Of a DNA stretch of 64,000 bases, positions 54,201 through 64,000 are shown in pieces (the first letter of the stretch is position 1; the number at the start of each line of letters is the position of its first letter). The stretch covers positions 20,042,628 through 20,106,627 of the forward strand of contig OZ037767.1 of the NCBI GenBank assembly GCA_964035545.1, given 5' to 3'. The translations under genes were made by a program, and so were the position numbers. Below the pieces are notes generated by a model that was not told the DNA's origin, did not search any database, and saw nothing but the letters and a program-made list of their open reading frames with translations. Origin of the DNA: Bugula neritina (taxonomy: Eukaryota > Animalia > Bryozoa).

Positions 54201-57200
54201 GGAGGTAGTCTTATGTTTGGATAACATAAAAACAGTATTTGAATGGGCAAAAACTTAAATCTGAAGCATCTAAACTATAATATTTTAAAAACAATCTAGT
54301 GTGGAACGGTTAGTCTCAGTATTAGTTTTAAAATATCTATAATAGATGTATTTGTGTAAAATTGTTTTTCCCATTCCAGCACATAACTGAAATCCCAGCA
54401 CTGCCCTATATGATTATACAATATCAATCTACTTGTAACTATCATAACATAACAATTACACTTATAAAATCAATCTATTAGAACGGATCATGTATCAAGT
54501 GAACACGATACACCAGCATTGATGATATGAAACTAATATACTATTATATTGTTATGACTGCAAGCCACTCATATTTAGATGAAGTAATGACAGCCTTGTA
54601 AGATGCCCCACCTAACAAAATTATTATGTGTTAATCAAGAAATCTTCATTATAACTTATAACTGTAATTTATAATGTTTTTATTATAATTGACAAGCCAA
54701 TGACCTATATTAATATCCATAGTCTGGACTAGTCATAGTGATAGTCTCTTAGTCCTAGTACTAGTAGTATTAGTTTAAGTAGAAGTAGTAGCAATACTAG
54801 TACTGTAGTAGTACTACTAGTAGTGATAGTAGTAGAAGTAACAGTAGTACTATTACTAGTACTACTATTACTATTACTATTAGACTTAGTAGTAGAACTA
54901 GTACTAGTAGTAGCAGTAGCAGTGGTAGTACAAGTAATAGTAGTAGATTACCGACTTACCAGATACGCTTCTCTCGTACATGGAGTTATCTTTGTGTGAT
55001 TTATTCCTAGCTTCCTGCACCTTTCTGGCTTTCTTTCTGTTCCTATAAAATCCACCAGATGTCAGTCCGGGCTGTATTCTATACACAGCTTTTTCAGTCA
55101 TGACGTCACAGTAGAGTACCAGCTCTTCATTCTGGTTACAGTCATGTCTAGTCATTTTAGCTGCTAAGTTTTCCAATTTCCTAGGGTCCAATGGCTTCCG
55201 CACACACTTTCGGATTCTCTGCTTAGTTGTGGAGATCATCCCACTCCAGCAACCGTACAGTCACTGAAAGTGGCTGATGGTTCAACCAATCGCTACTGTG
55301 ACAGTATGTTAGTTCTGGACACGAGCAGTCGATAGTATCCGATACTAGACTACTAGTGTAGTACTAGGCAGTTGGAATACTAGTAGAAGTAGTACTAGTT
55401 GTACTTGAAGTTAGTCGCAGTCTCAGCATGAGCATTAGTAAGGAGTACTAGTACTAGTAAGGCTACGAGACAGCGCAGATTTAGGAGTGGAGAGTTGATG
55501 TCTACAGATTTCTACTGAGTGGGTGAAGTGAAATTCCTCGAAGTAAAATACAACTAAAGTCGATTAGCTCCCTGTTGAGATATCTATTCCTAACACCAGT
55601 AAACGTAGGACTAGTAACACTTCAAGTTTTTCAAACAAACTGAAACTGGATCAGCCATATAAAGTCCAACCCTTTGATAGGCAGTGTGCAGTCGTGAACT
55701 GAAGTAACTCCCTGCTACCCGACAACTTTTACCATCTAGCAAGCACCGAGGTTGAGATAAGGTAGAGAGATAAGAGCTGCACTCACAGTCCGATGATACT
55801 GCATAACAATGCACTACTGCAAGACCGACTGCCCTTAAGGTAGGCGTGACGACTTCATAGAAGGTTGAGCCTATCAACTACGCGTTGCCATAGCAACATT
55901 CAGTAAAGAGTTTAGAGATAATATATTGGCAATGAGAGAAAGATGCATGGAAGTTGGGTGAAACAGAAAGAAGAAGCAGGTAATTAAAGAGTTGCTGAAC
56001 AAATAGAGCATAAGATATTGTCAGTTAATCAGCTACAGAAGCAATATTTGACATGTCAGGTTTTATATGTGACAGTTTGAGCTAATGCTAATTTATGGCT
56101 ACAAAACACTAACTCCTTGAAACAACTTCAAGTAAAGAAAAACAGACTATAGAAAAGAACATAATATTCAGGTTCATTGATATATGGATCTGGAGTCTGG
56201 ACAGACATTAGATTGCATATGAGTGAGTTGATGGTCTTGAGTATACCACAGCAAGATATTATGCATAGCACAGTTTCAAAACATGTACTTGCCTGCTGTA
56301 CACCTCACCAATATAAGAATACAGATGGCTGCTGGTGTTGGTGGAGAAGCAAAAACCAAAATTATATACAAAAGAAAGAAGTTTTAAATATCTAGAATTG
56401 TATGGTTATCAACGCCTGAACTTTGTGTTGCCGAATATATTGACAAGTGATTGGCAGCATGATGAAATTCATGCATGACAGTTTGACAGGAAATAATCTG
56501 CTTCCTGAATTTATCTGCTGGCTGATATTTTGGCAGCACTACTGAATGAAATATGGCGAACAATATGTCTAGAAGAACAGCTCTCCGCAAAAGTTATATT
56601 TATCTCTAAGATCACTTTTTGCCACATAGAATAGCCAACATAGGCCGAGCCATGTAAACTCAGTGTGTACGGTTTACAGTCCACAGGCTATAAGCTAGGG
56701 AGCTCCACACAAACATATCTTATAATAACAGGATGCCTAGTGAATGGTTCAGGGTACAAATAATGATGTTTGGGAAAGTAAAGTACACCTGGGATAGCGC
56801 CAGATCTCATTCAACTCCATCCTCTGATGAACCAAAATGTAGAGCAAGCAAGGGGGATAACTCTAAGTCATTTCGACCAGAAGATACAGAAGAACACAGT
56901 AGCACATAAATAACTCTAAGCAAACCTACAAAAGCCATTTTGAATAATGGTGGAAAAGAAAGGGGGAGAGCAGGCAAGGTTACAGGGGAGATGAATCCAA
57001 GAGTAAAACTTAGAAAAAAAAATAATATGTTCATCAGGAACAACAAACTATTCTAACATTGCAGACAAATATCAGGTGTGTTACCCATACCCAGTCCAAT
57101 GATTAGTCAGGGGAAACAGAGTACATCCAGGGACTTGGGGAACTGTTGCCTAGGACATAAAGTATGCAAACTTGACCAATAGCTGGTGGACTCACAACTT

Positions 57201-60200
57201 ACGTATATCAAGCCTTTATCAAACACGATATAGAAATAGGAAATCTGAATAAAATTGAGAGATGATAAAATAGGCTATGGGAGTGGTTTTATCAAGGAAA
57301 TGTCAGTGAGAAACAACTGCAGTCTTACTTTGAGCACCCTTCAAGAGTATTTTCTCAAATATCTTTAATAATATACAGTTCCTAAAGTGTTACATTATTT
57401 TTATCACCAACAATACAGCACCTTACATAATAGGGTTTTACTACCCAACCCCATGTCTAGGTGTGTACTACTTGCTAAAGGGAAATAACACATCGCTGAT
57501 TGTAAACCTTGTTTATTCTGGTTTATAAACTATTAATTTTGGACTTGGGTCAAACTTTCACTGCCTGAAAGCCACAAGCTGACTGAAGGTGCTATGACAC
57601 GATGGTGTTGGGAGAATAGTGTCACCATTCCATGCCGCTTCCTGCAAGGTGCCAGATGTCATATGATCTACTCATCCAAAGCACTTGGCTAGCCTGTCAA
57701 CATCTAACTCTACTTCCTACTAATCTCTATGCCAAAATGTTAATAAATTCAGAAAGAAATGGTTTATGGCAGTCACCATCGATATGAGTGCAGCAGATGG
57801 AAATATAGGCTAACTGTCAACTCTAAAATTAGTTCTGTGTGTCAGAGATGGCTTTCAGCGGACTACAGCCAATCAATTTATCTATTTTCTAAAACAATAG
57901 GCTTGGCAGTTGATAAAAATTGAATTTTGATTTCATTTTCTCTTTTAAAATCATCTTAAGGGGATATAAAGTTTCAGAGACGCCGTGGAAGAGGAAACAG
58001 CTGATAGAGGACAGTGTAGTTCCCGCTATCCATCACCATAATCTCTCATCACACACCCAGCAAACAGTAGAAAAGTGATAATTGATGAATAATAGTCACG
58101 ATTCAGGAGGATGGAAACAGTTCAGCCAAGTAGAGCTGGTAAGGACACGGCGAAAGTGTGTTAAGATTTGTTTCAGTGATTGAGAGTTAAGAGATAAATA
58201 CCAAGAAGAATAGAACAATCCAACACCTAGGCAGCATCCCTAACCACCCACTTAGCTTCAGCAATACAACTTTGCTGCAACACCAACTGCTAAACTACAA
58301 GTTGGCTTTAATTTATTTACTCATAAAATCTATAGAGAGATGTTCAAAATCACTTCCACTGAAGCTAAGTTGAAGTTCACCAACACACGAAGCATTTCCA
58401 TGTTCAAAGTAGGCTAGCAGATGTTTAGTTTCCTCTTCTGTCTATTCACATAGATAGTGGCAGCGCTGAGCAGTACTTGCACGTGTTACATTATCAGTGT
58501 GAAGAAGGTACTGCCCTAGAAATCTAGGGTTTACTGTAATAGAATGCGGATTGTTGAGTGCACATTGTTGCTTAGATTACACTTATAGATAGTCTACTTT
58601 ACTCGTATGAACAGCATATCAACATAATGTTGTCTCGTCTAGGCTCCACTTGAATACTGCTCTAATCTGCTAACCATCGTAAATTGAAAACAGCAAATTT
58701 TGGTTTATTCAGAGAGAGTATTTAACCTGTAATGTCTTTCATATTAGAGCTACAATAATGTTTCCATGTACCACATCCACATCAAACTATGAGCTTCAAT
58801 GTTTCCATGTATCACATCAAACTATGAGCTGCAATGTTTCCATGTATCACATCATACTACAGGCTGCAATGTTTCCATGTATCACGTCCACGTCATACTA
58901 GCTGAGTCAGCAAAACGTTTGTGACATTCATGCTGGAAATGTGGGTAGCTGTTTAGACATGATATAGACATGATATATCAGCACTCTGTATGATGACTTG
59001 CAGGGTGGCTATCAACACCTACACTCTAATCAGCTTCTGTGTGAACAGGGAGATAAATCTGAACATACATCATGTGCCGTAAGCTGACTAGGATGTGAGA
59101 ACAGCTCTGCAACCAGACACCTCTCAACTAAACATCTTACAGGAAACATTTCACAACACAAATATGACAGAAGATGGTCCAACCCTCAGGCTGTCTACCC
59201 TGTTGAAGCACAGAAAGGGTGGTAGCAAATTAAATGAGAAGTCATAGAAAAAAGGGACCCTAAAACAAGGTTCTAATTTCAAGTGCATTCCGGAAAAGGA
59301 TGAAGAGTTGATTGGAGGCTGGCCAACAACAGAGACTGATATGACCAGCCGAAAATAACATTTTGGCTCCAGCAGCATTAGACTCTGACCTTGAGTGAAT
59401 TATCAAGGAGCAATAACAATAGTAGAGCAACAGCATAATATTTCGTGCTTTTGGGAAGAATTAAGGGAAGCAATGGAAACCCTGTGCCATGAGTTCTCAA
59501 TACAAACACAAGTCATCTGAAGGCTGGAGTAACAATATAACAGCAGATAAGATTGGGACGGCATTCATAGGTCACGGAGATTGCTATGAGAGGAGTGATA
59601 ACCAGGTCAGCTTAGCCTGGGGCCTTTGGGTATCATTCAGCACCCTTTGGCTATTCACTACTATGGATTGATGTTTTCTCTTTTGTTGCTGCATGTTTGG
59701 TCAAAAAGCATTTTCAATTTAGTCAATTTAATACACTATTAATAAGTGACTTCCATTTTATTCTGCTTTCATGTTGATTTGGCGTTGAAATTAAATAAGT
59801 ATGTTGAACTGATAACAGAAATTTAAAAGGAATATTTAGCCACACTGGGAAAGAATAGATACAAATAATTAAATCTGAAACTGTCTTTGTCATCAATCCA
59901 CCACATGACTAGAGTAGCTAATTGTTATCCCACTGCATGAAATGTAAGCAAAATGTGAAATCTTTTAAAACTGTTCTATAACTAAGTAGGCATTTAGATG
60001 AGTGAGCAAGTGCTTGAGTGAGAATAAGAAAATGAGTGTGGAGTTGAAAGACTGAAAGAGTGAGTGAGTGAGTGAGTGAGTGAGTGAGTGAGTGAGTGAG
60101 TGAGTGAGTGAGTGAGTAAGCCAGTCAGTAAGTCACGTTGGTCATAATAAAGTGATTGTATCAGTCCATGGTCACAAAATATGGATAAACGGAATAAAAA

Positions 60201-60916
60201 TATTACAAGATGTGTAGACAAAACCTGACTAGAGAACAACTCCAAATTAAATTTTTCACATCATTGGCATTAAACTATAGAAGAGAATAGTATCTAGAGA
60301 AAGCTCATTTTGCTGACTACTTATGTAACATTCAGTCCCAAATACAACAACCACATTACATACAGGACTACTAAAACCTAATGCTTTAATTACAAGACTG
60401 ACTGCTAGAACAAAATCATGGAAAATGCTGCATTTTTCTTAAAAGGGAACAATTAAAATGTTTAAATCCAAAATAAATCAAGTATATAGAAAAAACACAA
60501 TTTCACAGATTCTAAATGCTGGCATGTTGAGCTAGAATTAGAGTACAACGACTTTAGGCCTTTACAATGAGATTAAAAATTTGAAAAATAATAAATTTTG
60601 GTTGAATACATGGATTTTGCTACACTAAAATATCAAACTGTTTGAACCAGGCAGCAGCTGGGTGGCACATACACCAATTTATATTCCTGTGAGATTTTAT
60701 TTTACTTTAAAAAGAGTTATTGATAGTTTACTGTTACTTAACTCAAAATCACAGCTCAGCACTTGAAAAAACCTATACATGTGGTCAGACTATAACATAT
60801 GAAAAAGACCGGAAGCACTGACCAGATATCTACTAGAGAAAAGAGTTACTCACACAAAGGGGTGTTCTAGAAGAGTCTGGGCAGAGGATCGCTTGGTAGC
60901 GTCAGGTTCAAAACAT
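42278..60916 (-). CDS. MAP3K15: ASK-family MAP kinase kinase kinase (MAP3K5/MAP3K15-like), 3' part; most of the kinase domain lies beyond the window
   Basis: Phase-consistent exons 60854-60916 (CFEPDATKRSSAQTLLEHPF, kinase subdomain XI), 54960-55042 (MYERSVS), 48193-48307, 47572-47637, 46747-46806, 45799-45991 (GLFILKKDAERRSML), 45132-45350, 44625-44843 (PPHWMFTFD), 43380-43549 (coiled coil), 43126-43267, 42483-42628 and 42278-42374 (SAM: ELVSRDDLRRMNLRGGVECRIW). Probably co-orthologous to MAP3K5/6/15, so the symbol is approximate. Confidence 0.9.
43597..43886. repeat. 17-bp minisatellite (acctacaggtcaactct), about 17 copies
   Basis: Minus-strand units contain CTGTAG|GT; the array ends about 45 bp from the acceptor at 43550. 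Confidence 0.95.
44908..45120. repeat. 16-bp minisatellite (gacgtactgagatgca)
   Basis: Fills most of intron 44844-45131. Confidence 0.9.
48340..48550. repeat. 13-16-bp repeat (tatactcagacta)
   Basis: About 30 bp from the acceptor at 48308. Confidence 0.85.
49250..49960 (+). mobile_element. Highly degenerate RTE-clade LINE 3' fragment
   Basis: Broken translations resemble RTE C-terminal motifs: FGKLSWLV*...KV (AFGKL..VW...KVY) at about 49320-49390 and QVRW at about 49853-49865. Many stops and frameshifts. Confidence 0.4.
50993..51365. repeat. 33-bp minisatellite (ctagtaccatgtattactagactgacagagtaa), about 11 copies
   Basis: Gives the 11-aa periodic ORF VIHGTSYSVSL. Confidence 0.95.
53008..53212. 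repeat. 22-bp minisatellite (atagtagttagtatactgatat), about 9 copies
   Basis: Direct inspection. Confidence 0.92.
54740..54948. repeat. Degenerate (AGT)n tract
   Basis: Abuts the donor at 54959. Confidence 0.8.
58755..58895. repeat. ~35-bp repeat (aatgtttccatgtatcacatcaaactatgagctgc), 4 copies
   Basis: Direct inspection. Confidence 0.85.
60057..60117. repeat. (GAGT)n microsatellite
   Basis: About 15 units. Confidence 0.95.
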
Positions 60917-61349
60917 CTGCAAATATAAGGATACATTCCTTCACTAAATATTATCAGGAAGTGGTAATTAAAACCAGTCGAGTTGTAACAGCAAACTCAG
61001 TTCTAATGCTGCTTTTGTAGTTGGTATTTTCAAGTAAAAATACAAAAATGTATATCCGGGTTTAGCCTGAAATAAATTGTTGCTTAGATATATAGTCCAT
61101 TGTTTTGTCGAAGGGACAGGTTAGTTGGAGGCAGCCCATAGCCTAGTTGAGAACCTGTTGCTTGCTGTCATAATTCTTTCGGCAGCAAATATCTGCTTTG
61201 ACCAAACTTTTACTTTATAAATAGGATGCTTACAGAAGTATAAAGCTCTTTGCCACTTCAGATAAGGATTCTGGGATCTCAGGGTGAGAGTTGAACATTC
61301 CAACCTTGAACAGGGCAGCAGGGGGCTCCAACTGGAATAATACAAGAGT

Positions 61350-61780
61350 TATTAGTTGTTAGTAGTAGTACTGAGTATGTTCACTGAGTAATACAGTTGT
61401 TAGTAGTAGTACTGAGTATGTTCACTGAGTAATACAGTAGTTAGTAGTAGTACTGAGTATATTCACTGAGTAATACAGTTGTTAGTAGTAGTACTGAGTA
61501 TATTCACTGAGTAATACAGTAGTTAGTAGTAGTACTGAGTATATTCACTGAGTAATACAGTAGTTAGTAGTAGTACTGAGTATATTCACTGAGTAATATA
61601 ATAGTTAGTAGTAGTACTGAGTATATTCACTGAGTAATACAGTAGTTAGTAGTAGTACTGAGTATATTCACTGAGTAATACAGTAGTTAGTAGTAGTACT
61701 GAGTATATTCACTGAGTAATACAGTAGTTAGTAGTAGTACTGAGTATATTCACTGAGTAATATAATAGTTAGTAGTAGCA
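61350..61780. repeat. 41-bp minisatellite (agtagttagtagtagtactgagtatattcactgagtaatac), about 10 copies
   Basis: Direct inspection. Confidence 0.95.
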
Positions 61781-64000
61781 TTGACTATTTTTGAAATGCA
61801 ATTCATCATACTGATGATTTTATTGGCTATCAAGTTAAAATGTCAATTTCTTATCAAAAGTTTAATTTATTGTTTGTAAAATTATAATAAAAAAAATTAT
61901 CAATTAATTTTTGTTTGAGGGTCAAGAATTTCATACTAGAATAATGCAGATGAAGCAAAAAATAGCATTCGTAATGGCAATGCACAGAGATTTGGCTAAG
62001 GGGAGTGAATTAATATTGTCAAGTGTCAAATATCAACACTGCATCCATTTTCAACATAATTCGATTTAAAAACTAGACGAAAACTGCCTGGTAAGTCTAT
62101 ACCTTCGACATAGATTCATTATACAGAAAAAGTGAAAAACAATTTTAATCCCACCCTGAACAGTGGAGAATAGGCTTTATCAGAAGGCTTTTAGGTAATA
62201 TGAAGCCAATATAAGAGCTTTAAGTTTTAAGTTGATGGCATTTATGGTAAAAGGTAGAACTTATCTGCGTTTAAATCTGCTTAAAATAGCTTTGCATCTA
62301 TCTACCAGGGCTTAGTTTCGGTATCAAACAGCCAAGGAAAAGCAATAAAACTAACTCTTTAAATTATATACATTTCAAGCACTTCCCACATCAATAATCA
62401 TAAATCATAATTCTGCATTAAAACCCCATTAGCCTAATAAAGGATAAACCTAGTTTGTTGTGCGTAGCTGGTATTTATTTATGGCGGATTGCTGTTGCTC
62501 CCTCAAAAAGGCCAATATACTAAATATACACCATAAAACAGCCTGTCTCTTTGATCCTTACTTTTTATAAATTATGAGCAGAGAAGATGGAATTAAGTAA
62601 ATCTATTAGGAGTTTGATACTTCACAGACTAAACTTTAGAACAGTTTAGATTGAGTAGAGACAGGCACTGAGCTGAGTGTCATGGCAACCACTAGCCCAA
62701 GTAACTTACTCCATGAGGGGGGAGGAAGGGGAGGGGGTAGAATGCTACCAATCAGCACCTGAAGGGAAACAGTGGTGCTACAGGGGAACACATAGCGGGT
62801 TCAACACTTAGTGAGGGCGGATTATGTTTCCATCTTCTAACACAAGTCATGTATAGCTAGATGTCTTGTGAGATGGTGAAGATTGTAAGAGAGCTAAATG
62901 TGATGCTGGTAGTGTGTAGAACGTTTATAGCCAAAAGCTTAATAGCTTTGCTTTGCTGAGTTACAGCCTCTACTGTTCAATTAATTTTAGCTGACTTGAC
63001 AAGAAGATACCGACACAAACAATTACCTGGTAAACCAGATTCTAAAATTCTATCTAAGGTGAAACTATTTCTATTTTATAGCCTTAAAACCCGTGCCAGA
63101 GAGAGTAGCCCAGGGATCTAATCTGGTTGGAACTGACACAGGCAGTAAAATACATTATTACAGCATAATATACTAGTCTTACTTAAATATGTTAATAATC
63201 TAATAATAACTGGAATTGCTCAATCACTCACTTACCAAACCCACAAATACTATGAAAATAATAGCCTGACAGGAAATAGTTGTGTCACTCAAATAAAATA
63301 TGAGTTGCAAGAAGGTCCCTAGTAATAAAGAAGACATCTTTGGAGCAAATTATATAATTTAGGTGGGGAGGTAGCTGGAATCTGTAACATTAGCTATAAC
63401 AAAAGTATCTCTAGCCTACTGGAACGATCAGGGGTCTCTAACATAGCTCAAAGCAACTCGAAATAATGTTTGAACTTTAATGCTACAAGTTGGGTATACT
63501 GGCTTTTCTTATTAGCTTCACCATCACTAAGCCAATGAATTCAAAAATACTTTGCGGTGGCCATTTTGAATGCATCAAAGTCAAGTAGCCTCAAGTTGGG
63601 GTGCAGCTAAGGAAAGATTATTGGTTTGTTTTGTACAAGCTGTGACATAAAACTTCGGATTGGGGTGATCTTCAGATTTCCTAACGTCACTCAAACTTAG
63701 AACATGAGGTACAAAATATACTCATTAGCTTATTGAAATCTAGATTATTTGCTAGAACTTCCAGTCATCCAATCAACTTAAAGAAGCACCAAATAAAAAC
63801 ATTAAAATCTAATAAAAACATTTAAAAACCAGAATAAATGAATAAGCTAACTGTAGGTCACTATCATTTTAATAGCCTATGAATGTTGATGGAATATAAT
63901 TTTATTTTACTCAACAAAAAGTATGTCTGTAATGCTTGTAAAACTATTAGCCTAGAAAAAGATTTAACAAAGATATCATCTAGATTCTAGTGTAAATAGT

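Noticed and set aside
51900-58400. Scattered LINE-like peptide hints (for example HLGSI near 58225 and NKITT*IH near 52072)
   Set aside because: Too degenerate to delimit by eye; probably old RTE/L2 debris that needs an HMM search.
61000-64000. Search for upstream MAP3K kinase exons
   Set aside because: No HPEIP-, DFG- or APE-like exon found; they presumably lie beyond the window.

Overview
AT-rich, intron-containing metazoan (invertebrate-like) genomic DNA; the species cannot be determined from the sequence. Four spliced genes were reconstructed by hand from GT-AG sites and reading phase: an ARHGEF10/10L-like RhoGEF (minus, about 29 coding exons, 982-25691), tubulin-folding cofactor C (TBCC, minus, 28257-30573), the peroxisomal PTS1 receptor PEX5 (plus, 32992-41137, head-to-head with TBCC) and the 3' part of an ASK-family MAP3K (MAP3K5/15-like, minus, 42278 to beyond the window end). 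A possible last exon of another gene lies at 1-285. The most unusual element is a very young 3237-bp non-autonomous Ty3/Gypsy-like LTR element (16000-19236) inside the RhoGEF DH-domain intron. It has apparently identical 352-bp LTRs, a CTAT target-site duplication, a tRNA-Leu primer binding site and a PPT, but no protease, RT, RNase H or integrase core. It still keeps two intact ORFs: an integrase-zinc-finger remnant, and an env-position accessory gene (C2H2 zinc finger plus coiled coil) that appears to carry its own in-frame spliceosomal intron. Other observations: a Harbinger-like MITE, a roughly 200-bp foldback palindrome, tRNA-SINE and RTE-LINE relics, a YDVP-repeat module in the RhoGEF N-terminus, a possible kinase-less ASK isoform, and many unrelated minisatellites that abut or duplicate splice sites.
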